From positions 2,985 through 66,984 of the forward strand of contig RBZT01000562.1 of the NCBI GenBank assembly GCA_003693705.1: 64,000 bases of DNA, read 5' to 3'. The DNA comes from Polymyxa betae A26-41. Lineage: Eukaryota > Protista > Endomyxa: Phytomyxea. Under the pieces are notes generated by a model. It saw only the letters and a list, made by a program, of their open reading frames with translations, ran no database searches and had not been told where the DNA came from. Positions 1 to 12,935 of the stretch are shown here, piece by piece. The translations under genes and the position numbers were made by a program. Numbering within the stretch: the stretch's first letter is position 1; every line of letters starts with the position of its first letter.

Positions 1-453
1 ACAGCTACTGAATCAACAATTACCGAAAATCAGATGCTGGTAGCATCCGGTGCATTGCTGACCCTTGCTATCGCTGCTGGCCTGATTATTTGGTTTCGGG
101 TTAAACGTAGCAGACCGGCAAATGCCAGCGGAACTCAGGCACCAACCGATGCGAAGCATCTTTCGGCAGATGTCGTCCAGCTAACGAACCTGGCCAATTC
201 ACAGCCATCATTCGATAATGGACTTCAACTCGGAGCGAGCTGTTCCAAGCTGAATAGCTTGGCGCTGCCTTCGATGGCTAATGGATCGATGTGGGGAGCT
301 CAGCAGACGTATTTCCAGTCGGCGTCGATGAGGTCGGAAGCTCCTTTTATCTACAAACAGTGCTCAATATTTCAACTCGACGTCTTGAAAAAATCGCAGC
401 GCTTTGTGGCATTCATGATGCTTCACGAACATTTCCAGACCTTTCAGTTTTAA
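1..453 (+). CDS. 3' part (TM helix and cytoplasmic tail) of a lectin-receptor family paralogue, truncated by the window edge
   Basis: Hydrophobic helix MLVASGALLTLAIAAGLIIWFRVKR resembles the TM of the 908..3056 gene (ILIAGSVALLILIVTSLYIWMRFR). The tail carries QQTYFQS, similar to the YSQYFS/YGSYFS motif of the downstream paralogues. Confidence 0.6.
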   Translation, partial: TATESTITENQMLVASGALLTLAIAAGLIIWFRVKRSRPANASGTQAPTDAKHLSADVVQLTNLANSQPSFDNGLQLGASCSKLNSLALPSMANGSMWGAQQTYFQSASMRSEAPFIYKQCSIFQLDVLKKSQRFVAFMMLHEHFQTFQF

Positions 454-907
454 TATTCATACAGATTATAGCGGCTATGCCTCTTCGATATGGTCAATGG
501 TGCATGTCCCATAGAATCTAGCAGTATAATATCTCCAACTACACGAGGAAAGTCTGATTCGATTTCATTCTAATCAACGAGGTTTACTAAATTCTGAACT
601 TTCCCGGCAGCGGGTTGCTGTCAAAAGATCTCAGACCAGCATGCCGCCGCCCACTGCCCGCCGGCCCTATCCAGCGCCTCTAGACTCGGCTATTGCCAAA
701 GCTCTAGGTCTGGCTGCACCGCCGCCAGCATTCCTATAAGCGATGACAAGCTGTGTTCTGTTAATTTACTTCGTCGACCGACTAACAAGGCTGTGTTTGT
801 ACAAGATGATGATGGTATGGTCGTGATTTCAGACGTCTGCCGTGTGCCACCATACATCCAAATATCTCTGCCAGAATCTTTCACCTGCATGTGTACCGGT
901 TGTATGA

Positions 908-3056
908 ATGTTCCTTTTATTCGTTAGTCTTTTATTCGCAGCGGAAGCTGCCGTTACAGCGCCACAGTTCAGCGAGCTGTTCTCACAGCCCTACCGAACC
1001 GTCTCATCGGTCATCGTGAAATCGTTCCAGCAACAGACCGATGTATCGAGCGTCGCTGTTTCCTATATGGGCTGGGCCCAAATCCCATCCAGCAAATCAT
1101 CGAATCGTTTGATCTTCCACGTCCATCCGAATTCGGATCAGACGGTCTCGCTGCCGAAGGTCTATATCTATCAGGATAAGTTCCTGGCTGCGAACATAAC
1201 GACCACATTCGGTAATGAGATGCTAATTGGGCCCAATATCACACTCGACACCTGGTTCTCGTTCGGCATCGCCATCGATAACGGCATCGGCCGTAACGTC
1301 ACCTTTTACCTTTCATATCGAGTGACGACAGCCATCTCCATTCCCACCTATGCGATCAAGACGCTGGGCCTCCAGGGCGACATGCTGACGTCCAGCACGG
1401 CCATGGCCACCGTCAACGCCGTCTCACTAACGACGAACCCGGTCCCGGTCTATCTAACCCAGTTGCGCGTGTTCGCGGTGGCCATGGACGAGCTGTTGTT
1501 CGAAGTGTTTCGTACGAGTTTTCCGATGCCTTTCGTGTATCAGACCGGCGCGCAGATCACCGCGCTCGTTTTCGAGAGGTTAACCGTCGGTGCCAATGTT
1601 TCTTGCCCGAACAATTTGATCATCGCATCCATCGATAAAGCGATGTTTGGTCGGCCGGTCTGGCCGACGATGCTGCCGAACCCAGCCTGCGACGTAGGGG
1701 CGTCCGCGGTCGGCGTTGCTCAGAGCGCGTGTCTCGGCCGACGGTCCTGCCTCATTCCGAGGTCAAACGACGCCTTCGGATCCGATCCCTGTAAGGGTTG
1801 GAGTAAATGGACGGCAGTCACTGTCACCTGTAATAAGACCATCACGCAAACGATCGCTCCGTCGCTAGCATCGTCATCGCCAAGTTCGAGATCGCCTTCG
1901 GCCACAATATCGTCTTCGGCCACGAGATCGCCTTCGCCATCTTCAACGCTTTCCTCGAACCGAACGGTCAGCTTTTCGCCGCAAACAATTCCAGGCTCGA
2001 AACCAACAACATCCAGTACACAACCGACCACGTAAGTAGCTTTAGTTTATTAAATTTGGTGAATTAATGTGTTTGTTTTATCTGTTCTGCATTAAGTATT
2101 TCTGTTTTAAGCTTCATTTGTTCAGGCCAATTTTCGCTTGCCTATAGTTAGGGCTCTTTTCTTGATGCTCTAAGGTTTCCTCGTTGGACTCACTTGGTTT
2201 TTTTATTGAATGGCTGTACAGGTCGGCATCGTCACCTTCAACATTGCCAGCCGATGCGAACGCGTGGCGACTGTCTCTCACCGTCGACGATTCCATCATG
2301 GGCATGTCGGACTCGGTCATCGGCATCAAGAAGTCGACTTTCATTGATGATATGAGCTTGGCTTTGAGTGAGCCGTCGTCGCGGTTTCCACTATTGCTGG
2401 TGCAGCTTCAATCCCAGACTCGATCATCTACCTCCGTCTCTTTCGTGATTCTACCCAGCACCGGCGACCCCGATGGCTCGATTCTCGTCGACCTCTTCTA
2501 CCACATGATGCAGATTCCCGGCAGTAGCCTTCGCAATGGCGAGCTACTTCGATGGGCCGGCGACCCTCCCGTTCCTATCACCATTGAAGCAATTCACGTG
2601 TTCCAATGCGCTTCTGGCGCTTACGCTTTTGATGCGAATTCCTGTCCTTCGGCAGCCCCATCAACAGTATCATCAGCCAGTGAACCGCTGCTAGGCAGGA
2701 TGCAGATCCTGATCGCCGGCAGCGTTGCTCTCCTGATTCTGATCGTCACCAGCCTGTACATTTGGATGCGCTTCCGATCTGTGACGCCTGCCGCTGCCAC
2801 GACCATTCCCACCAATGTCCAGCTCCCTGCAGTGAATCCTGTCCAGATGCGTCTTGACAACGTGTATGTTACAGGCAATTCTGGACGAGGCCAGAATCAA
2901 GCATCGGCACATTCGTCGTCGGCGTCGGTGAATGGACTGACTGCACCACTATCGTATAACGTATCTTCGTCAAGGGACTCGACTGCGGCCGTTAGTCCTT
3001 CAATACGGATTGAAAGCGGAGAAGGTCGATATTCTCAATATTTTTCAAGATCATAG
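908..3056 (+). CDS. Type I membrane protein: signal peptide, LamG/ConA-like beta domain, SUEL-type (Gal/Rha-binding) lectin, Ser/Thr stalk, SEA-like domain, TM, tail (paralogue A)
   Basis: ORFs 908..2035 and 2184..3056 are joined in frame by phase-2 intron 2032-2221 (GTAAGT...TACAG). SUEL motifs C...FGR...C...CLGRRSC...DPC..WSKW...C are present, followed by an S/T/P-rich stalk and a single TM. Confidence 0.8.
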
Positions 3057-4031
3057 AAAATAGCCTAGATTGTAGCAATTGAATGCTTCACATTGGCAAT
3101 GTTTTCAAGAAAAAATTAAACAAAACTTCACTAAGGTGGCAAAATTTCTATAAGCTGAACTCAGTTGTATTGTTCTCGCCTTGATGAGGAAGCATGGTGC
3201 TGACGACCTGCGGAGCCAGACGTCTACAGTTGATCGAAGCGTGTTTGTTGGACAGCGATTCCAGGACTCACCCGGGTAACTACCATGCGCTTTCCTGGTA
3301 ATCATCGTTAGGCATACGATTGGTGATTCCTCCTTTGATCGTGCCCTCTCGTTATCATTTGTCTGGAATAGATTTTTGAATTGAATGCTAAGTAGGGCCT
3401 GAGAGCGGCTATCAGTATAATAATATCATGACCGGGATTGGTTCAAGCAAGGCCTTTGATGAAATATTAGGGACCGAGCCATATATCAAATCGACCCTCG
3501 TGAATCAACAATCCACATCACAGTGAATCCGAGCTGATATATTTAGTTATGGGCGCCATTAAGAAGCGAATAGGCGACACATGATCCACTTGTGCAGGAG
3601 CGGCGTTAACAACTCCTGCTTGCGAGTTTCTGACATCTTCCAGACACGTTTTGGTGTATTTAAACCGGTTCTGGGCAATATTGGACCTCAGGAATGATTT
3701 ATAATCTGCTATCCCATCCGATGATCACAAATCAATCTATTGAATTTTTTTGCAGTTGCCAGTTCACTCAATCTCGAACGACCTTACGACGGTGGTGCGA
3801 ACGTCCAATCGAAACCGCTGGAGGTGTGGTGAGTTGATCGCCAGTCGATGTTTGCGTACGGCATGATTTTCCTGAGAGCCAGCACAGCCACGGAGAGATC
3901 GGCGCGGGAATATCGCGAATGGATGGGCGCGTGCAACGCCGCGCTTGGCAATATCTTCGCGTGGCAATAGATAGCGAGGCTGCGATTGCGTGTTTCACAC
4001 AACAGCGGTAACGTAAACACGTAACGCAACG

Positions 4032-6146
4032 ATGCGGCTCGGCCTGGCGCTGCTGCTGCTGCTGGCAGGCGCGGCCCAAGGGGCGACCCCGCCCCCCTGG
4101 ACGATGCTGTTCGGCCCGGCGTACCGGACCAGCACCGAATCGACCGTCGCGGTGTCGTCGTCGTTCACGGCGTCCGCCAATGGCGTCTCGTTTCAGGGCT
4201 GGGCGCAGGTCCCGTCCTCGAATGCGCTGCGGACTCGGTCGCTGTTCGCCCTCTATCCGTCCGAGTCCAGTACGGTGCCGCTGATCAGCGTCTGGATCGC
4301 TAATAGTCGGTACCTGTGCGCGAACCTGTCCACGTCGGCAGGGGCGGAGTCCGTGACGGGCCCGAATATCACCACGGACTCGTGGTTCTCGTTCGGCGTG
4401 GCGGTCGGCGTGGGCACGGACCGCGGCATCCGCTTCTATGCGGCCGATATGGTCAACAGCGGGATCCAGAACCCGACCTATTCGTGGGCTCCGTTCGGAC
4501 TCCGTGGCGACCTCCTGCCGTCCAGTGCGGCCGTCGCCGTCGCTCCCGCTCTGTCACCAACAACGTCCCCCGTCCCGGTCTACATGACCACGTTGCGCGT
4601 CATCACCGGCGCGATCCAGTACGACACGTTCGGGTTGCTGACCAAAGACGTGCCGGCGCCGTATTTCAATCTGGTATGGTGGGGTGTGCTAGGGTTTAGG
4701 GTTATAGGGTTTTAGGGTTTCATTTAGGTCGGGAATGTTGTAGGCGGAATAGCGTTCGAATTAACGACCTCGTCGGCAAATGTATCATGTCCGTCCGGGA
4801 TGAAGTTCTCCTCTGTCATTACAGCTCTGTACGGGCGTCCGCGCGGGATCTGGCCGAACTCGGCGGCCAGTCCGATTTGTAATGTCGGGACGATAGCAAA
4901 GACGGCGTCCGCGTGTCTGGGCAAACCCTGGTGTATTGTCCCGCATTCGAATGATCGATTGACCGATCCATGCGTGGGCCGAGTCAAATGGCTGTCCGTG
5001 GCACTGACATGTTCCGCACCCACGGTATCTCCGCAATCGATGTCACGGACGCGGTCATTGTCTTCGTCGACCAGTGCACCGGTCACTTCGAACTCGTCGT
5101 CCAGGTAAACTCACAGCATGCGCGCACTATTTGCCCTTCGGCAATTTTTACCTTTTCGCTTGTTGAGACTCGCGCAGTTTTTGATCTTTTTACAGTCGGA
5201 CTTTTAGAACTTAACTCAGAAAAACGTTTTTTTTTGAGACTGTGCTAGGCCGACCACGTCACGGAAATTATCGTCATCGGGCGCCTGGCAGGTCTCTCTA
5301 CAGGTCTCACAGTCGACTTTGGGTGTTAATCAGGACGCTCTGAAAGACGCACTCGTCCGCGATCTGAGCGCGGCCCTCCGGGCCAGCACGGACCGGTTCG
5401 TGCTGGTCGCATTCGGAGTCCAGACCCCGCTCTCCACGCTGGTCTCGTTCGTGATTGTCGCCAATGAGACCGACCCGGACGGCATCGTCCTGCTGGACGC
5501 GTTCCGGACGCAGTTGCAGACTCCGGGCAGCGCAGTCCGTGCCGGGGCCGTCCTGTGCTCTGCCGCGGCCCCGCCCGTCTCCATTCAGGTCGTCGCCGTT
5601 CACCTGACCACCTGTCCGTCCGGTGCCGTGACTCTGGGCTCGGCCTCCTGCCCGGTCTCGACGCAGTCCGCCACGGCACAGGGCCTGTTCCAGCGCACTT
5701 TACTCATGTGGATCGGTCCCGTCGTCGTCATGTCCGTCGTACTGGTCGTCGGCGTCTGCTGCTGGGTCCGCTGCTGCGCGAAACCGCGTCCGGCCGCGCA
5801 GCCCATGTCCACGTTACAGTCCACGGTCCCGGTCGAGTTCCCCTTCTCCGGTCCGGTCGCGTTCGCGCCCGATTCGCGGACCGGTACGACGATCAGGGGC
5901 CAGACCATGAAGCCGAGTACGGCGCCGTACCCGCCCGTCGTGCCGCTCACGTCGTCGTGGGACGGCGCCGCGGCCGTGTACGCCGCCGATCGCGCTTCGG
6001 CCCCGGCCCTGGACCAGTACGGCAGCTACTTTTCGCAGAACGACCTGGGCGACGTGGCTCTGGGCGCGGCCCACGCCGCTGACAGTTGGGGCGCGGACCC
6101 GCCCCAAGGCCCCTCTCAGGCGGAGCGGCCTGTTCCGGACTTTTGA
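4032..6146 (+). CDS. Lectin-receptor family paralogue B (same architecture as A)
   Basis: Exons 4032-4673, 4728-5104 and 5249-6146 join in frame. Shares GWAQ(I/V)PSS, GPNITxDxWFSFG, PVPVY, YGR...DPC and VSFVI...DPDG with paralogue A. Confidence 0.8.
4690..4727 (+). repeat. Telomere-like repeats (TAGGG TTTAGGG TTATAGGG TTTTAGGG TTT...TTTAG) filling intron 4674-4727
   Basis: Read directly from the sequence. Confidence 0.85.
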
Positions 6147-6316
6147 GCGCGATCTCTCTGTCGATCTGGTCCGGCAGCTGTGGGCGCCGACGTGATGCCG
6201 CCAGCCTCTAACAGGTTAATGTTACAACATTCGTAACCAATCCACGATACAAAACCGTAACAGAAAGATCTCTGTTTTCCTCGTCGTCGTGTGTCGTGTT
6301 TTATAGGAGCCATTTA

Positions 6317-8070
<1,754 letters not shown>

Positions 8071-8428
8071 AGCGGCTCCAGGTCGGCGGCCTCCGTCTGA
8101 ACGCGGCCCCCGAGCAAGTCCAGGATGATCGTCCTGTCTACTGGTGGTGGTCTAACACGACCTCAGTCCGATCAATGAGGGTAGGGTTCGGCGATCTCTA
8201 TACCCAGAGATCAATGTCATTGTTCTTCGTAGATCGCCCACCCAATCCATCGGATGGTCATGATGGTTCTAGCGGTATGGATAGTGAGAGGGCCAGAAGT
8301 CCCTGGCAACATCATCAGAGCGTCTTGTCTAGAATGCCACCTTATAACAGCGAACCGATTTGTCGTTTGTTTGTCTCCTGTTTAAGCCACTCATATAATC
8401 TAAGTGGGGACTATTCGTGTCAAGAAAT

Positions 8429-8510
8429 GATTCGGTGGTGGAGTGGTTAACACGGTCGCCTGCTAAGTGGCTGCCTTCTGGGCGCGCGAGTTCGAATCTC
8501 GTCCGAATCG
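8429..8510 (+). tRNA. tRNA-Ser (anticodon GCT)
   Basis: Acceptor stem GATTCGG/CCGAATC, D-loop GAGTGGTTAA, anticodon loop CT-GCT-AA, long variable arm, T-arm GCGAG-TTCGAAT-CTCGT, and a downstream oligo-T Pol III terminator. Confidence 0.93.
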
Positions 8511-9156
8511 TTCTTTTTTTGTTTGTTCGAAGCTCGTCCAAACAGTTTTTTTTTATTTGAAAGCGAGGATGCTTTTTCGCCAAACCGCTTCCTGAAAAAA
8601 TCATGTTGTCATAACTCTGACTAGAATGGTGAATCACTATTCTCTTAAGAAGAGTTTTGACAACCTTTGGGAGTTATCAAAAGCAAGTTCTATTTTGTGA
8701 TAACTGGAATTGGTGGGTTTCCATGAAACTCACAGCAGGGTCTCAAAGCGTCTTTGGAAGAGTTTGCAGAACGACAACGAATTCAATATTCTTGTTGTGT
8801 TGAATCAGCGAAAAACTTATCGAATCCAATCCATTCGTGCTATAACAAGTAAAATTGAAACCAATCGTCATGAATTTGGACTTGGAATTCTTTGAAATCG
8901 GCATCGCATGCTGCTATGCATGGAGTGGGAAGTAGCTAGATGAACTCTCAACCATGTACAAAATAATCCAAACGCTTGCTCTTATCAATCGCGACATTTA
9001 ACATATAACGCTAAGAATATGATGTATGTGAAGACGATGCCTACATAATAACTATAATTTATTCACAAAACCGGGATGTTTACCACCAGGTTGGTAACTG
9101 CCATTGATCCATGGCAGCCTGAATAATATATCACAGGAGCAGAGCTTTGATGGGTT

Positions 9157-10564
9157 TTAACCAAACATAGACGGCGTTGACGAACTAGATGATTGTTGCG
9201 GCAGCGCCGACAGATGCTTTTTAACAAATGGATGATTGAGAACCTGGAGAAAGAGAGTTAGTAATAGAAAAGCGGAATCTGTCATTTCTAGCTGACCTGC
9301 TGTAAAGGAAGACGTCCCTTCGGGTTCTTCACAAGTAGCTGCGAACAACATGTTATTGAACAAAAAACAACCTCTTGCGACGAATACCTTGCTGATTAAA
9401 TCTTTAGCATCAGGATCCATCCAGGTTGGATACCGAATATCGACCCGAGCGATCTTCCTATAAGTTTCGTTATGGCCTTCGGTTTCAAATGGCGGCCTAT
9501 GGAACAATATCGTCAGCCCTAATTCTAGATCAGAAAAGCTTCTAATACCTGCCAACTAGAAATTCATATGTTAAGACGCCAAGAGACCAAATATCGACAG
9601 TTTCTGGAAAAGATCAGGCCATTGCTATGCAACAGGAGACCAAGAAGCTTACCATCATGAGCTTTGCCTTCGATCATTTCAGGTGGTAAGTAGTCCAAAG
9701 TCCCACATAGAGTGGTTCGTCGGGAATTTGGTGTATGAACAGACCTGAGAATTGGATTTAGCAAAACCCAGACCAAACGCGATTAGCGCTTACCATCCGA
9801 AATCTGCAATTTTTAATTCCCCATTACGACCAAGAAGAAGATTTTCTGGCTTGATATCTCTAAACCATAGATTGAGTATGTGATATGGAAGCGAGCTTCT
9901 CTTGCTAGTCGTACCTGTGAATAACATGTTTCTTATGACAATAGTCTAAAGCGCCTGCTAACTGGGCGATGTATTGAGCTGTTTGTCGATCGGAGAACCG
10001 CCCCTCTTTCTGAAGCTGCTTGAACAGCTCCCCTTTGCTGGCATACTCGAGAATGAGATAGACTCGAGTGGAATCATAAAAATACCCAAACAGCCGGAGA
10101 ATATTTTCATGCCTGAATCATATGCATCTGAGAAACCCCAATACAGCAACAATGGCAGAGTTTGGGTACCTCAGATGTGATTGGATTTCGATTTCTCGTC
10201 TTAGTTGGTATTCAACGTTGGCTTTGGCCAACTGCGATTTAAACATAACCTGCGCACAGGCTTTCAGACTTTTACAGAAAAGAATCTGAGAATCGTCAAA
10301 CAGACCTTAAGAGCGCAAATGAATTTCGATTTCTTTTCCCGAGCCAGATAAACATTGCCAAACTTGCCTAAAAACCAGCATTGGGATCTTACCGATATTA
10401 TCAGCTAAAAATATGGTCGAACCTTTACCCAGACTTCGACCGATGTCGAAATCCTTCAGGGTCCAACGCTGTGCGGAGCTGCCGCTGCGCGAACGCTCCC
10501 CAGCGGTCATCCCCAGCCCCGCTCCGGGCGCGACATTCTCCTTCGATGTAGTAAACGCCGACAT
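9157..10564 (-). CDS. AURK: Aurora kinase, multi-exon
   Basis: KEN box; [25 protein letters not shown]; [11 protein letters not shown]; [10 protein letters not shown]; ADFGWSVH...[19 protein letters not shown]. Confidence 0.95.
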
Positions 10565-11235
10565 CACGCCACAATGACGACGGCACCCTCACGACGACGA
10601 CGATATGGAGACGATATCAATCTGAAGGACGCAATTAACTGGTACGCATCGATTCTTGCGTTACTACTTCCAACTGGACGCCCCAAACGCACCCGGCCGC
10701 CCCAGATTGCTGAGCCGATCTGGGAGGGAGTCGGCTGGGCGGCGCGACCTGCAAAGTCAGCAGGGCAGCCGGCAAGGCTCTGTGGTCGATTACAATAGGC
10801 GATAGTGTCTATTCAGGCAGAGGATGATCTGATGAGCTCGTCAAGGGGGTTGCCAGGTGATGGTTGTAACCAAAAGGGTCTCCAGTAGCAGCCGTGCATG
10901 GCCCATCTGGAAACGCGTTGACTGGCAACAAGCTCGAGCTATGCTCGGGTGTCGCTCCGTCTAATCATTGGTTTGTTACCTAATCAGTTTTATATGCATT
11001 TAAATATATAAGCATTACGAATACAGAACACCATAAGCATGTTCTTTTTGTTTCAAAACCTCCTTTTCTAATGGGCTCATGGCACCGAGATAAAAAGGCG
11101 AATTGTATGGATTCACTGTGCCATAATCGCCTCCCAAAATGAAGCAGCATTCCCATCACATGTGATTTGCAACTGGTTTCCGTCACCGATCCAGACATGT
11201 CAAACACAGGTTTGCAATTTCGCAAAGAGATATGT

Positions 11236-11630
11236 ATGAGAGATTACATTTTAATTGTGTCTATCCACGGCCGCTGTGCTGGCTCTGGGCATCGCTTTTT
11301 CGCACGACGACCCCAGGCCGAACATCGCGTACAGCCAAGCTCTCTCAGTACGTCAATGACATCGTCTACGAACGGTCGATGCTAACATTCGACCAGCTCG
11401 GAGCTGCCCTGCTGGAGACGGCCTCCTCCGCACTGGACCAGCACGACCTCGACGAGCCACAAGACCGCATGTCGACGAACGACAACGGGACGGGTCAAAG
11501 ACGCGCTCGCAATATTTTTCCGGGCTGCTGCGTGTCGGGGGGGGGGGGGCAGCACGACTGCCCGAGCTGCCGTCATGACGCGCAGCCTGGCGATCGCTGC
11601 AGGTTGATAGCTGCTGCTATAAATGCCTGA
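11236..11630 (+). pseudogene. Degenerate secreted-RING paralogue (frameshifted signal peptide, internally deleted RING)
   Basis: The hydrophobic leader is split across frames (MRDYILIVS / TAAVLALGIA). GTGQRRAR and CCV...HDCPSCR echo GAGPERAR and CIACV...HLCPVCR of 12324..12875. Confidence 0.5.
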
Positions 11631-11869
11631 TCTATCGACGTCCTTGGAGATATTCAGAATAGAGATAGAGACTTATGAATCATTAGGCGGGGAAGGACCC
11701 TACTTATCAATTATTAGTAAGGAAGGGCCGACCTGGTAACATTACATCTGCCGACCCGAAAGATCACGTCGACGAACCCTATCGACGTCACTTGCTGATT
11801 TGACAGATGATGTAACGTTACATCTTAGCGACGCGTCGTATGAGGAGTTCCTCTCGATCAACGCTATAT

Positions 11870-12070
11870 GATATGATGACGGATTCCATCAAAGATGGCC
11901 GAAATCGACCGGCTCGAAGACCCCTTGATAATGGCAAGCGCGGTGCCGGGCCAGATCGCGCCCGTCTGTACTTGATGGATTCGGCCCAGAGCACGAACGC
12001 GCGATCTGTGACAAGGCGGTGGGCGTGCACGACCTGGCCACGAGCTGTGCGCAATGCCTCTTCTGTTGAG
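11870..12070 (+). pseudogene. Second degenerate RING paralogue fragment
   Basis: GAGPDRARLYL is followed, after a frameshift, by EHERAICDKAVGVHDLATSCAQCLFC* (compare GAGPERARQYL...CGICLDEVKPEATSC...CFC). Confidence 0.6.
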
Positions 12071-12323
12071 CTGCAAGTCGAGAAACCCTAACCTGACATA
12101 AACCAACCCTTGTTGGCTCTGTATTCCGTCTCATCCCATTCCATAACATCTCTTCGATGGCCGAGCCGTACTGCCCCCCATGAGCCGTTTGACCACGAGG
12201 CCCCCAGTTGTTTATTAGGACAGTGGACTGTGGATGGACATAGGCTACCCCCGTGATGCGCCACGGCGTCCGAACGAGCCGCCACCAAACTTCTATCGAC
12301 ATCCCATCCCCAACACACACATA

Positions 12324-12875
12324 ATGTTGGCCGTGTTCGTCATCCTCGCGCTGATGCTGACGTCGACGGTGATGGGGCAGCCGAGGGCGAGGGCGCGGCC
12401 GCGCGCCCGCAACATCCTCTCTGATCGCTACATCGTCAATGCCCTGTTCCAAGCTATTCAGGCTCAGGAACAACTCGACGACGACGACCCCGACCTGGCG
12501 CCGAGCCCTCTCCTGGACCATCTGGCTCGCTCGCTATCCGAACGGCTCCTCCTAAGTCATGACCGGAACAGGACCGGTTCCACAATTTTCACAGAATCCA
12601 GTCACGACGACAACGACGACGAGGAAGAGGTCGTCGTCTATCACGTGGACGATCGCGAAGGGGCCGGACCGGAGCGCGCCCGCCAGTATCTGAGCGACAA
12701 TCGCAACGTCCTGTGCGGCATCTGCCTGGACGAAGTGAAGCCGGAGGCGACCAGCTGTCCGCACGCCGCCTCCCATTGTTTCTGTATCGCATGCGTCGCC
12801 CCGGCCCTGGCCACGACGAGATCGCGGAAGCATCTGTGCCCGGTCTGCAGGCAGCCCTGGCAGCACTCAACCTGA
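12324..12875 (+). CDS. Secreted RING-finger protein (candidate E3-ligase effector)
   Basis: Signal peptide MLAVFVILALMLTSTVMG, no TM, C-terminal CGIC...CPH...HCFCIAC...CPVC; intronless. Confidence 0.8.
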   Translation: MLAVFVILALMLTSTVMGQPRARARPRARNILSDRYIVNALFQAIQAQEQLDDDDPDLAPSPLLDHLARSLSERLLLSHDRNRTGSTIFTESSHDDNDDEEEVVVYHVDDREGAGPERARQYLSDNRNVLCGICLDEVKPEATSCPHAASHCFCIACVAPALATTRSRKHLCPVCRQPWQHST

Positions 12876-12882
12876 ACACATC

Positions 12883-12898
12883 AAAACCCTAAAACCCT
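12883..12898 (+). promoter_or_regulatory. Telo-box-like element AAAACCCTAAAACCCT about 40 bp upstream of the P4H start
   Basis: Motif seen directly. A regulatory role is inferred by analogy with the plant telo-box AAACCCTA. Confidence 0.45.
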
Positions 12899-12935
12899 GA
12901 CTAAACTGTTTACCGCTCGTCACACTCGCTTTCGC

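Noticed and set aside
10829-10915. CTGATGAG hammerhead-like motif
   Set aside because: No stem II closing onto a GAAA.
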